A program made the position numbers and the translations under genes. Positions 1 to 13,504 of a DNA stretch of 64,000 bases are shown one piece after another. Origin of the DNA: Phoronis australis (lineage: Eukaryota > Animalia > Phoronida); assembly GCA_002633005.1 (NCBI GenBank), contig NMRA01000314.1, positions 406,898 through 470,897 on the forward strand. The letters run 5' to 3'. A model generated the notes under the pieces. It was not told the DNA's origin. It saw only the letters and a program-made list of their open reading frames with translations, and did no database searches. Position 1 is the stretch's first letter. Every line of letters starts with the position of its first letter.

Positions 1-3000
1 TTCAGCGAGGAAATCATTTTTCCACGCGAGTTACTCACGAAGTCCGCGAATAAATAATACAAACAAGTAAAAAGCTACAGTGAATGACAAATTGATCAGC
101 TAAGTAAATTGGCAAGTTCCATCAAGGCACTTTTCAAGAGGCTATACATCATTAAAGCTATCTACTGTTTACAAGAATAAAGACGGTATTTCTGGTGCTA
201 AAGTTGGCTTGAAATAAACACTGTTTTAAATTAATAACCTCTAACTATGATACGTCAGCATGTATTTACACAAGGTGTTATTGATTATTCATGGATTGTC
301 TGTTCTTGAATGAAAATATTTTCTGAAGTGTTTTCAGTGGATATAAGCAGCAGTGTCTGTCTGTTATTTCTCATTTAATTAAATTTTCAATAACAATAGC
401 AATGTAACATTACCGATAACAAAATACACACACTACTCCCCAGTTGAGCACAAAATGGAATTTTGTTTGCAAAATTTCTCAACGCAAAAAATGTAAGCAA
501 ACATGACAAATAAATGCTTTGTTATTTCTAACTTTCAGACAATGTTTTGAGACATTTTAGGCAATGTAACAAGTCTTAAAAAAAATTTAAAAATCAATTT
601 TCACAATTATTATTTTTGTCTGAAACTAGCGAGATTCCACTGTAGGCTTCACTATTTGTCCGGATATCTTAAACAGCATTTAGGGCAAACTAACAATCAT
701 TTGAAGTCAAAAAGGATGTTGGAAATAATTTTTGCGAAAAAATTATGCTACATTATTCTATCATTTAATGCAATAAGACATTCCACTATTCAAGTACTTT
801 ACATACAATAATGAAGTCTCATAACATAACAGCTAAGGCAGGCCACACCTTTCATCCAAATCAACTTCACCAAACTAATATTTACGTTATTTAATTTGCA
901 TATCCCAGGAATCATTGAGTTTCCCATTTCTAAAAGGTACTTAATGCCAATATATTTAGTTACAGTGAACTACAGTTCAAGTCGTCCAATGCCCTAAAGC
1001 AAGTAACAATCTTCAGCTGAAGATGAAACCATGTAAGTAATGCATAACGTTTGATTATTTATTACACTAACAGTCTCACAGAACGAGCTTCGCTGTTCAA
1101 CGTGCTCCGAATTTTCAACACAGCCAATTGCTGCTGACGTAATTTTACATAATTTTGTTATGTCAAATTTATCCCAAAAATTTTGAGGCCATTTCACTTC
1201 GATATTCACCAAGTACGCACTGTACAGCTGTCATATGTAAATCACAAGTAAATATTTGGCATTTGTGAGAATGTGGTAAATAGTGAATTAAACGAGCTTA
1301 GGACACAAAGTATCTGACAAGTGAATTTTCATTTTCACACGTTTTCTATATAAGGTGCGTAGTTACAAATCTGAAAATGGAAAGTTTGGGATCTGATTTT
1401 GGTTCCAAACGGAATACCCTGTATATTAGACACTATTATTGTGCAAAGTCATAGAACATAACTTCAGCAGAGCACCATTCAATTGTCACCTGAAATACAA
1501 CTCTGTGAGAACATACTACAATGTTATAACTCATTTACAGATTTCACAAAGAATCTGATAATGGAAATTTAACGCTTAGCAATCAATTATTCATGTGTTA
1601 ATTGGGATTGACTGAGTTGAACAGAAATACCAGGATAACCCTGCAACCAAAGGTGTAGTTAAATTATTCACCACTAATAAAACTGTGGAGAGACCTTCGG
1701 CATGCAAACTGAAAAGACGGACCAGTACATAAGAAATCAATTTACGACTGGTTTTGGACTGAAGAAGGTTAAAGATTTTGCTGAAATGATGGCTGCTTTG
1801 TAGCTAAATTTTACTCAACTTAATTGGTCAACAGCTTTTGATATTTAAATGAGTCGAACCATCACCAAGTCATAAGTAGCCATTACCAATGTCAATAATA
1901 CACATTTCTGAAAAAAGTCACAATAATTGCAATCTTCCCCAATTTTAAGTCAAGCAGCATAAAATCACCTTTAAGGTCAAAATGCTACGCTTACTATTCC
2001 TGGACAGTGCCCAGTGACACATAGATGGGCCCTACCTTGCTATGAGGAGCTCCCATTGTGTCCTGAAGTGTAACCAGCAGTTGATGACAGCCAGGTATCC
2101 AGTGGTATTAGCCGATATTAATCTATGAGTCAATGTAGACTATTACTGACCAGCTTCTCGATACAGCAATCAATAAGGAGAGGTAAACACTAGAGCACAA
2201 GTATTACGATGGTGCACAAGGGTGTCTACCTGCACAACTTCCTGAACACAATGTGGTGACTAGTCATAGAACTATGGTTGTGATGACAACCGATGAATCT
2301 CTCTATACATGAACTGTGAAACCGGTGAGTTCCTGCAGGAGACGCTAAGAGCAGTGCTAGATTGAACTAGAGTAATAGCTTTCAACCATAACCATTAATT
2401 AACGATCAATTAGTGATCTTTGTGACCAGACGTCATTATTACATAAAGCCACTGCACTCCAACTTAAAGTCATCAAGAGACACAAAAGGGCTGTCCTGGA
2501 AGTAACAGGCTCCTGCACACATGTTTGGCTTCACAAACAGCACTATAGCAGGAGACACTGTGTAAGGAGCTCTTAAGATTGTTCCAGTCAAGACAAGTAC
2601 ATGTCAAGTTGTAGTTAGGGTAAGTCTGATCTCTGTGCCATGTTCAGTTCATAAAGAACACAAAATAAACATGGCTAACACTCTATCTGCATAGTAGATT
2701 ATAGCAGATACACTAGAGACATCACTTCACTTCACCGAGCTTATGATCATTTAATTCCCTCTACAAATTAACACAGCAATACTCAGTGACACAGTAAACA
2801 ATACGATGAGATATTAATGGTCACTCCTGTCCACTTCACCGGTCAGCTTGTGAATAGATACTTTAGCCATGGGCACATCAACTGTGTGTCAGAAAAATAG
2901 ATGACTGTCGATGAGTCTAACTAGGCTCTAATTATTTATTAATCAATGTTCTATTGGTGCTCACAGTAGACACAAGGTATGAAGTGCCAGTATGTGAAGT

Positions 3001-3962
3001 CTATTATTATTATTGGAACTGCAGAGATGGAATACCTGGGGCCCTATAGTATTCACCAGCTCACAAGTATTGAAAAGATGAACACCAGGTGGAAGCACTG
3101 TCTTAAGGCAAGAATGCTGAGACAGACATCTGTTCTCAAAAACACCAAACACAAATCCACAGAAATTTTGTACAAAGTTATCCCTACAACATACAACACT
3201 CAAATGTATCTGAAACTGTCATCAACGCTAAAAGACAAGTCTTACAACTCCCTTAATAACTAAGCAAGCTTGTGGTTGTCAAATGGAATCAGTCAGCATC
3301 ACAGAGTCCTTTGGTAAATTCAGATGGCATATAACAAAAACACAAAAATCCCAAGTCCCTCATTTCCATCCTTCTCCTCTCTTCACCATACTTTATTTAC
3401 ACACAATACAGTACCCTGCCTTGAGTGCTAAAACGAGGACCCCTGGTGAAAACTGGTAAAACTAGTCTCTGATCCCCTACAAACTACCGTAAAGCAACGA
3501 TACCAAGGCATCCACCTTTCCAGCAGTCAATGCCACATGATATCCTCAACAGGAAAGTGTTACATGAGTTGATACAATATTTCCTTTGGGAAAATGTGAA
3601 ATATTCAATTGGTGTCTGATATCGATATACTTGGACCAGAGTCAACTCATCTGATTGTTTCAGTTTTTGTGAACATCTGCTTCATCAAATTCACCATATT
3701 CCAAAGGATGCCTCAGCTAGAACCATAACAAAGCAAACATGTCATGAACCACTTACAGATTACTTAAATACTCCTTAACTTCCACTCATCCTACGTCATG
3801 TCTAAGTCCAAAAGTTCAAGACTATACAAAAATCAGTGGGCACAAACGAATAGGGCAGCAACACTGACATCCAACCTGACCAAGGACAGATATTCAAGGC
3901 AAGGTGCGCAGTTGACTAAAGCTACTCAACGTGTTGTTGAACAGTATCTACATCAATGCAAT

Positions 3963-4405
3963 CAGGCTGGTGGGGATATTAGGATCCTTCAGATAACGCA
4001 ACGTCACTGCCAGCTTAGCAGGTGGAGATATCCTACCCTGAACACAATGGCACTGCCAGCCTAGCAGGTAGAGATATCCTTCACAGAACACAACGTCACT
4101 GCCAGCCAAGCAGGTGGAGATATCCCTCACAAAACACGACGTCACTGCCAGCCTAGAAGGTAGAGATATCCTTCACAGAACACAACGTCACTGCCAGCCT
4201 AGCAAGTAGAGATATCCTTCACAGAACACAACGACACTGCCAGCCTAGCAGGTGGAGATATCCTTCACAGAACACGACGACACTGCCAACCAAGCAGGTA
4301 GAGATATCTCTCACAGAACACCAACGTCACTGCCAGCCAAGCAGGTGGAGATATCCTTCACAGAACACCAATGTCACTGCCAACCAAGCAGGTGGGGATA
4401 TGATC
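3963..4405. repeat. Minisatellite, ~46 bp unit, ~9 copies
   Basis: Unit CACTGCCAGCCTAGCAGGTAGAGATATCCTTCACAGAACACAACGT. Confidence 0.95.
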
Positions 4406-6178
4406 CTTCTGGGAACACAGCCATTGCTTGTTGTACTGCTACGTCATCACTCTACACCTAGATAGAGTGATGGACTGCAGAAAGACTTGTTAATTATCCA
4501 CTACTCAGCACTGCCACTGTTGTCACAACTAGACAATTAACACTGGAAAGAACACCTTCAGACTTCTTAGGTCTTCTCAGAATCATTTGGAGGAGTTGGG
4601 CAGAGACAGTAGTTACTCAACTGTGTCATACATGTTCCTGGCACCAAACTTAAATATATTTCAACAAGAAGTGTATATACATGTATGGGAAAGTTTACAA
4701 TCAGTGATTATAGGATCAGCTGTATTATTGTGTTCCAATATACATGTTTTGGGTACAGTGTCAGTCATGTCAGTCCAGCAGTATGGATGGGAATGATAAC
4801 AAAGCTAATTGAGCAGAAGGCAACACTTTGCTGTGAAGAGGATTATCTCCAACAAAGAGCCAAGTCAGTCAAGTGTAAAATAAGATGAAAGTGTGAGGCA
4901 CAATGGACTTGTATCAGCCAGTCACAACAAACAGAGAAATAGCAACTCCATTCTCTCCTCATCACTAAACACAGAGTTGTGAGGATCAAACACAAACTGA
5001 TTGGTTCTGATCAGAAAAATGACGTGGTTAAATTTTACAAGTTTCGCTAAAAATAACGCATAAAATTGGTCGATATTTTCAACAACTTTCAACACAATGG
5101 TCACAATTTCTCCGAATCATTGTCTGAGGGTATCACATATTTTGGTGCTCCTTCTAAGAAAAAATGAAAAAATAAAATTTCCCTTGGTGGCCACAATGTG
5201 TCCTAAACTCGTGAGGTTTTCCTCTAATTGTCCAGTAGTAATTGTTCACTTATTTTACACACAAATAATTACCAAAACTGACAACACTGCCAACACTGAC
5301 AACACTGACAACATTGTCAATTTTTGAAGGCTGATTATGTCGCAGCAAATAAGGGAGACTTGACAATAAGTTGATTTACAAAATTTAGACGATACAAAGT
5401 AAGGAAATACCAGAACAAAATTGGGTGAAATTCTATATTTTTAAGAATTTCAACATTACAAAATTTAACACGTTAGCCATAATGTGTGCAAAATGAAGAA
5501 TTACTGAATTCATGAAGCACATAAAATAACATGTTTGAAGGTTATATCAGAAGAGTGCTATACTTGATGGAAAATGAATAGACACAAACAGATATCTCTT
5601 TTGACCAGAGACAAACAAGAGACCAGTCAGTCCTACCCCAGTCTACAACAAATGCTCCTGGCTACAACTTTCACGCAAAGGAAATGCCCACTTGTCTCCC
5701 ACCTTGCTGCAAATAACAGTACATTTCTAATAAATGAATCACTGGCCAAATAATCAAATATGTTGTTGCAGGTATTGTAAATCAAAAACTGTTAAAAAAT
5801 GACGCAACTTGATTATATTTCAAATATCAGGCTACAGCTTTTGTGCACAGGAAACGACCATTAAGGAGCCAGCTTCATTGGTACATGACATACTAGTGTT
5901 CTCCATCTCAAGTTGGCCATGTGTGGAAAAGGAAAAACCAATTGATTAGGAATCGCTAATCTCACAAGATACGACTAAAAATGATTAAAAAACTTTACAG
6001 CAGAAAGGAGACGTGCAGTGCAATGGACAACAAGATCTAGGATTAGGAATGCTCATGGTGAAACGAGCTTTGATGAAAATTTGCGATTATGATAAAAATC
6101 TCTTTAATTCAGGATATAATATCAGAACATGTTAAATTTCATTTTCTCCATTTTTTTCATAAATCATATGCAGTTCGA

Positions 6179-6580
6179 AGTACTGAATTAGGTACTGCAG
6201 TATTGAATTATGTACTGCAGTACTGAACTATGAACTACAGTACTGAACTATGAACTACAGTACTGAACTATGCACTACAGTACTCAGCTATGTACTACAG
6301 AACTGAACTATGAACTACAGTACTGAACTATGCACTACAGTACTCAACTATGTACTACAATACTCAACTATAAACTACAGCACTGAACTATGCAATACAG
6401 TACTCAACTTTGTGCTACAGTACTCAACTATGTACCACAGTACTCAACTATGTACTACAGTATTCAACTACGTACTACAGAACTGAACCTTGTACTACAG
6501 TACTGAACTATGCACTACAGAACTGAACTATGTACTACAGTGCTCAACTATGTATTATAGTTCTCAACTATGAACTACAG
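6179..6580. repeat. Minisatellite, 20 bp unit, ~20 copies
   Basis: Unit TACTGAACTATGTACTACAG. Confidence 0.95.
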
Positions 6581-7174
6581 ACAATATTTTGGAAAAATAG
6601 CCATTCGCGATAATGCTAGAAGCAGTTGGCAATTACTTTGTCTGAAATTGGTAAGACTTTACTGTATGACACAGGATGCTGAGGAATGTGAACAAAATAG
6701 AGATACAAAGTCATGCTATAATCATGGCAACCAGCTGACTTACTGAGACATAACCTAAAGTACGAAGACAGCGAGGTGTACCATCACTATAACTTGCTAT
6801 ACAACAACAGAAATCAAATATGTATTACACCCAGTCATCAGAGACATGCAACCATCAACCCAGCTGACCTAGTATACTATCAATCAGTCCGACTGCATGG
6901 TTCAAGTAGATATTTCCAATGTATATTATTGTTGACAAGTGAACACTTGTTCAACATTGTGTGACTGTGTTACTTTCTGATAGGAACACAAGTGAAAATA
7001 AACACCAACAAGGGCACAAACAGGGAGAATGTGTACAAGTATGCTACAGCATGTCGCATGGATACCAAACAGTGAGACTTATAGTAAGGAGTGGCTCCAA
7101 CTCTGGAGTTCAGGGTGGGAGCCCCATTCATATCCTGGCCACAGGACTGGCACACGGCATTGAGCATTGCCTCA

Positions 7175-7452
7175 ACGCCACACATGGGAGCCACACTTGG
7201 GAAGACGCCACACTTGAAAGGATGCCACATATTGAAGGACATCATGCACGAGAGGATGCCACACAGGGGAGGACTCCACACACGGGAGGGCGCCACACAG
7301 GGGAGGACTCCACACACGGGAGGGCGCCACAAATGAGAGGTCGCCACACATTGAAGGAAGCCACACATTGACGGACGCCACACAAGAGAGGACGCCACAT
7401 ATTTAAGGATGTCACACATGGAAGGACGCCACATATGGAAGGACGCCACAGG
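7175..7452. repeat. Degenerate minisatellite, ~19-20 bp unit
   Basis: Recurring GACGCCACACA(T/C)GGRAG. Confidence 0.85.
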
Positions 7453-9571
7453 CGGAAGGAGGGGATGGAGTAAGCAAGTGAAAACCTGGATACACTGTGA
7501 ACAGCACATGGACAAACAATTATATAAATTTCCCAACAGCACACAAAAGCAGCGAGATAACTCAAGTTTTAAACAGACAGTCAATTTCACCGCAATTTAG
7601 AACATTTCAAATAGAGAAAAAATGATTCGAGAATTTAATGTTCTGAAAACAGATTGGTAATTTCTAGATGGAATTTGTTGAAATCCATACTCATCTACAG
7701 AGCTGCTTTTCAAAGTAGAAATGTTACCTTGCCGGGAAAAAATGACTGCTTCAAATGTCTCAGGTTTAGCAAACAAGTTCTTCCAGGGCGCAGTGCACTT
7801 AGCCGAGACTACTAATGGAATTCCATACTGACCCCAATACAAGGATGGACCTAACTGATCACATGACCACTGTTGGCTGAGATTGTTCCAACTTCCTCAT
7901 AACAAATTACGTTACTCAAGTATTAACCCACCAGTTTGGATCACATAATTGTGTTGTAACTTGCTGTTTCCTTGATGCAATATTTCTCAGTCATTTTCCT
8001 CTGTACTCAAGGTGTAATGTAACGACTCCATTCCCTTGGCCACAAACAATTTCTTACACAAATATTTACAATAACATGCAGTGACAGCTTAACTTCCATA
8101 ATGTTGCAAATTCATGATGTCCTTGTCACTCCTGGCTAGAGACACACTTGGCGAGTCCACCACAGGAAACCAATTTGCTTTGAAATTTACTTAATGTTGT
8201 CAATTACAATTCAAAGAGATTACAATATAATTTGACACCAGAAAAGAACCAAAACCCAAATTATTTCATAATTCATAACAATTGAATTTAAGGCACATAT
8301 TGTTCTAACAACATGGTCATGACGGCTGCCATCAATTAAATCAAATCACTATCACGCAAGGACAATGAAATATCAAGTTGAACTTATCAAACAGGCCCTT
8401 AAGAACCATTATTCAAAAGAACCGTTATTCCAGGCCAGTCTAATGAGAACTCCTCAAATACATCACTAGAATGAACTCTAAGAGAATAGTCTTATCAAGT
8501 CAGATAGCCAACTGATGTTTTCAAGGTTAATTTATTTCCAATCACATGCGAATACGTTGACAGCTGCGGTATATAGCCTGCAATTAAAAATGTCTGAAAA
8601 GGTGGCAGACTCATTAGTGGTCAGATTCTTAATTGGACATAATTAATACATAGACCACATTGATTTGAATGCTTAAGAGTAAAAATACTTCAACAGCATT
8701 GAGGCTATTGAGGTATACATACACATAAACATATACATATATATATATATGGGTTTGTGCAAGGTTATACCTTCACGAAAACATGACAAAACCAAGTGAG
8801 GTGTAGTTCAGAGTCATTCTCATATTTCAAGTTTCGAATATATAATAAATATAATTAAATTATTTGTTTTATTGGAATTAATTCGCCATTGCAGATCTGT
8901 ATGTATTGAAGTTACAAAGATCGGAATACATAGTAATGTCCAAAAGGCGAACGTAAATGGAAGTTAAGCCTTAAACAATGCTTGGAAATACTAAGAACAC
9001 GCAAAATAATTACGGTGTAATGGCCTTAGAAACTTTAAAGTTTAAGATGTCTTTGCAAAATTGCACAGAAAGTCATTACCTGTTCTATCAAAACCAATTT
9101 CATAACAACACTGAGATAATTGGTTAAAATTCATTGATCAATATGGCTAGACATCCTACTGAGTATGGTAGTGACCAATGGTCAAACAATGGACACAGGA
9201 CAGCTGGTCTGAGAAAGAACTAACCAATAAAAGACTGAAGTGTACAAAGACTCCACTGTACAAACTGACGACACTGCGGAGAACTAAAATAGAGAGGCAA
9301 CCTCCAGCAGATTACTAAGAACATATCAAGCAAATAATTAATTTAACTTGGACAGTCAATCGACAAGATTTTTTCAGATATGAACAAAATTCAAATTCCT
9401 GCAACCTTAAAGAACGCCACCCGATTTAATTAGTCTTTTTTACTGTCTTAATCGGTCTATATCCACATCGCCTCTAATACGGTCGACCTCACCTTGCCGA
9501 GAGGTGTCGCGTTGACCAGTGAGGGCGGTGAGAAATGACACAGCGACGTCAGTGGTTTATCTGCAGAGTGA

Positions 9572-9825
9572 ATGCCGCTATGTTGCGGTGCATCCTTCCC
9601 ACTTGTCTGAACTATGAAGCAGCGAAAAAAGCGGGTATATTGTTTTTCTACTTTCTCGAGAGCCCCAAATGCTTAGGAAGTGGCTCGCGGTAGTGAAGAA
9701 TGAAAGGTAGGCTGTTAATAGCAAGTATGAGGCCGTGAAACATATCTGTGTCTGTGGCCGGCATTTCGTCGACAGTGAATTCTCTGACGAATTCCGGCTT
9801 ACCAAAGAACTATCCAAACGTTCCG
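9572..9825 (+). pseudogene. Degenerate THAP zinc-finger stub (transposase N-terminus)
   Basis: With frameshifts and a stop: MPLC...PTCLN...GILFFYF/REPQMLRKWLAVVKNER*...HICVCGRHFVDSEF, i.e. the C2CH, W and CxxHF signature. Confidence 0.75.
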
Positions 9826-9829
9826 TTAC

Positions 9830-9979
9830 CTGTGCATGTTCACGGCGCCTCTCTAGTATTTCTTGATCAGTGTATTCCAGTTCGAAATGATAGCCTGTGA
9901 AACCTAACGATACAACCCGTGAAGTCTTCATCGCCTGAGCTCTTGACTACGTCGGGATTGGCGCGGGACGAGTTGCCAT
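9830..9979 (-). pseudogene. N-terminal stub of a putative Kolobok accessory (KolX-like) gene
   Basis: GFTGYHFELEYTDQEILERRR resembles the recalled xYxFEPEY N-terminal motif; convergent with the THAP stub; ends at CAG|GTAAC. Confidence 0.5.
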
Positions 9980-10353
9980 TTATTAGTAGACGTTTATTAT
10001 TCTGCGCTCTGTTTCAAAATGAATTATTCTCATCCTAACCGATGCTTATATGAAACTGAAACAAAGTCTGTCTCATTAGATACAATTTGTAATGCCTTGG
10101 AGTGCTCGTGAATGCAAATGTTTTGAGAAGCCAGCAATGAATAAACCACTGTGTTACCGGCTCTTGATGCCAGCAACAAAGGTAATTGACCAGGCATCGA
10201 GGCTGTGTGAGCGCATGCTAATTCAGTGTTTGCTGACAGAAAGCTGTTGTGAAACAATTACTCGATTTTATATGCTATGGTCACATGTTAGGGGAATCTT
10301 TATTTAGAAATACAAATACATTATTCAAATCATTGTTACTGTACAACCTTTGC

Positions 10354-10985
10354 CCTGACGGTCTATGGAAGGGGAACCCGACATCGCGGCCCCGACAAGT
10401 AAGTAGATTTTCAGTTTCGTGGCTAATTCACATCAATAATTACGTGCACATTATTTCTTTGGCTCACTATTATAGTCTTTTCATGACTGGAGGTTTAGTT
10501 TCCAACTCAAGTTGGTTTATGTTTGTGCCAGTCCCGGCGGCCTCGACGGGCCTGATCGGGTTCCGAGCCACTGGCCAGGATAACAAGCGTTTTGTGTGTT
10601 TAGAACTCAAAAAATCACAAGTATAACAACACAGATCTAGGTTATCCTGTCTATATTTCACGGAAGAATACTTCGAATTTATCTCCGAACAGACCCCAAA
10701 ATCCTCAGTGCTACGAACCTTGGTAAATTGGCCTGCCGAACTTTGTAGGCTACGGTGTATCCAAATACCAGTAAATCCATAACAGCGAAATAAAACAACA
10801 CGTTTTTATAAGAACTCGGTGTATTTTTAAGGGTTTTACATCGAAGTTTGATGATTTATTGGTGTTAAACAATGATTTCAAGCGATAAGCTGACACAAGT
10901 AACCCGTGCTGTGAACTGCCGAACAGACTGTGTGTGAAACCAATTACGTCATAGGATAATTTCAACACCTCCATCTGCCGTCAGG
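10354..10985. mobile_element. Possible nested TIR element
   Basis: Inverted ends CCTGACGGTCTATGGAAGG / CCTGACGGCAGATGGAGG; no clear TSD. Confidence 0.4.
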
Positions 10986-13340
10986 TGTCAGGTAATGCAA
11001 CCGAACGTGTCGTTGTCGAGTAGAACTACTCAATCTAAATTGATACAAAATAGGTTGTTTTTGGGTGGCATTCTCCTTTAAAGATAACAATCTAAAATGA
11101 AGGATAAGAGAAGAGTGGACAGTGACATGAAACACTCCTTGACAGCTACTGCGGACAAAATGTGACCAATTTAAAACATAATGTGACCGGCAAGTGAAAT
11201 ATTTTATCACAAAAACTAAGTAGTTAACACCAAATGCTTTTAAACAACTATTAATACCACAGGCACCATCAGACAATGAATGAGCCTGAGGAATTGAGAG
11301 CATTCGTAACAATGTTAGAACCTGCTAAAAGTGAAAAAGACCAATTTTGGCAATTCGGATTTTTGTCAGAAATTGGTTACATTTTACCATAGTTGTTACC
11401 TTGACACAGCACATGTGAACAAACTGTCCTTTCTACTACTGTTTCATCCTCATCACAAAGTCTCTTTTAGCTTTGTACACACCGAGAGAAAACTCTACAT
11501 TGAATTCTCAATATTATTGAAAATAGGTACCTTTTCATGCAACGCCCCTAATTTAAATCTCTATTCATTTCCATTGAAATAAGGACTCAGTTTTCCGATA
11601 AACCCAGCATTATGAGACAGTGTTATTAGTGAAAGAGGAGCCAATAAAGATGAAATAATAAAACGTAACATTGTGAGTGAACACAGATAGAAACGCACAG
11701 TTTTAGGGAACTTAGTAGTCTCTGTTGGGGACAGTTTCATGCGAACGGCCATAGAATTAAGATGAAACCAAGAAAAGCTTAACGCTACCATTAGCCAGCC
11801 ATAGCTGTATGAAGACTATAGTCAAAATACAGTTAGGGATCAAAGAGTATAAATGTCATAAAGACCTTAAAATTTCCCACCGCCCACCACCTTATCATGA
11901 AACCTCTTGAATGTGTAGAGATAACGGCCGGACTGGCTGTATTCAAAAGTTGGGAGTCAACCTACACTCATCTTGCCGTTACAGCCGTTAAAGTGAAAAA
12001 CAATCCAACAAAAATCATTTTAATGCATCATTCTCTAGAATATGTAACGAAGACAATTATGTTGTCAACTTGAAAACAGTATGCCATTTGCCACCTTTGA
12101 GGAGATGATGACAACTTCGCCAAAGCAAAATTTGTTAAAAAATTCAGTTTGCAGGTAATAAAATACTGAAAATTTATAAGAAAGTGAAACCAGTTTCCGT
12201 AAGTTGTTGTGAGCTATAAGCAGCCTTTTGAAAGAAGAACAGTTGGTAAAAAAATTAATTGCCCAATAGGTGACGCCTTATTTCAAGGGTGCCGAAAGTC
12301 AACACATATTGTCCACAAATTTAGCAGCAAAATAACAGAATAATCATGGTAATTTTGTTGGCACTCGTAACTTATTTACTTTACTCAAGGAAGAGTGCAG
12401 TACTTCATGACACTAGTTTTGGGTCAGCTTTTAGATTGTCAGTTTTTACCCACACCATTCCAAAGCTGAGTATAGTTTTGTACTAAGGCTACAGCCATTT
12501 GCCAATGCTAAAACAACCAACGGAATCACTACAATTAATATAGTCCATATTGTTTAATATCCTTAGATACTGCTCCACGTAAGACATATTCATTGTCTCT
12601 ACAGTATAGTGCTGGCAACAAGTCAGCAGATTAATGGAAAGAATCCATTTTGTTAATAACGAAGCTATTGGCAGCAAGATGCGCCACCTATTGTTGTGAA
12701 AACGTGACAGCACTTAATACAAGACGCACAGGACAGGACCCCAGTTTTGTGCGTTTCTCATCACATTCCATGATAAAAAGCATAAAAGACAAGACCAGTG
12801 GTAAATATAAAACAGCCTATCACCAATATTAGGAAAGACATGTTCGTTTTGGAGTCCACGTATTCTATTCAACCTGATACATTGGATATAAAATAGAAAA
12901 ACTAGTAAAAATAAAACGACAAGCGTCGGTGGTAAAATATATTAAAATATTACCCACGTTTCCAGCGACGCGCTCTATATCAAGGGTATGACACAGACTG
13001 CCAAATAGATGGCTATAAATAAAAGCGCACAGGTAACCCCATTACAACTAACAGTGGGGTTACGTAGGCCTGCGCACGTCTGATACAACGTGTATCAGAC
13101 CGCCTGCAATTATTTTTTTATACGTAGGACCTTAGAAAAATGTCAAAATTTTGGCGAACATTGGAACATCAAATCTGAGAAATAAATGATTGGATTCCTA
13201 ATTGTGAAATTTCTATTGCTTCACGCGTTGTTCTCCAAAACCCTGTAAGAAACTGTTTTTAAATGATCCTCTTACGCTAATAATAGGACAATTATGATTT
13301 TTATGAAAAAAATGAAAAGTTGCATTAAACGAAAACAAAA

Positions 13341-13503
13341 ACCTTATCTGAGCAATAGATTCAATGTGTTATTATACATAACCTTACCTGAGCAATAGAT
13401 TCAATGTGTTATTATACATAACCTTACCTGAGCAATAGATTCAATGTGTAATTATACATAACCTTACCTGAGCAATAGATTCAATGTGTTATTATGCATA
13501 ACC
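13341..13503 (-). repeat. 40 bp tandem repeat x4 containing an exon end and splice donor
   Basis: Minus-strand unit TATGTATAATAACACATTGAATCTATTGCTCAG|GTAAGGT. Confidence 0.95.
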
Positions 13504-13504
13504 N

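Larger units (their letters stand above)
9411..11077. mobile_element. Kolobok-like DNA transposon, internally deleted
   Basis: TTAA on both sides; imperfect TIRs AGAACGCCACCCGA / AGGAGAATGCCACCCAA; RR...YY termini; contains convergent gene stubs. Confidence 0.7.

Noticed and set aside
3963-4405. CAG|GTAGAG in the 46 bp repeat as a plus-strand donor array
   Set aside because: No convincing plus-strand exon upstream.
6961-7590. Overlapping 136 aa and 206 aa ORFs
   Set aside because: They are open because of a stop-poor minisatellite; no domain signature.
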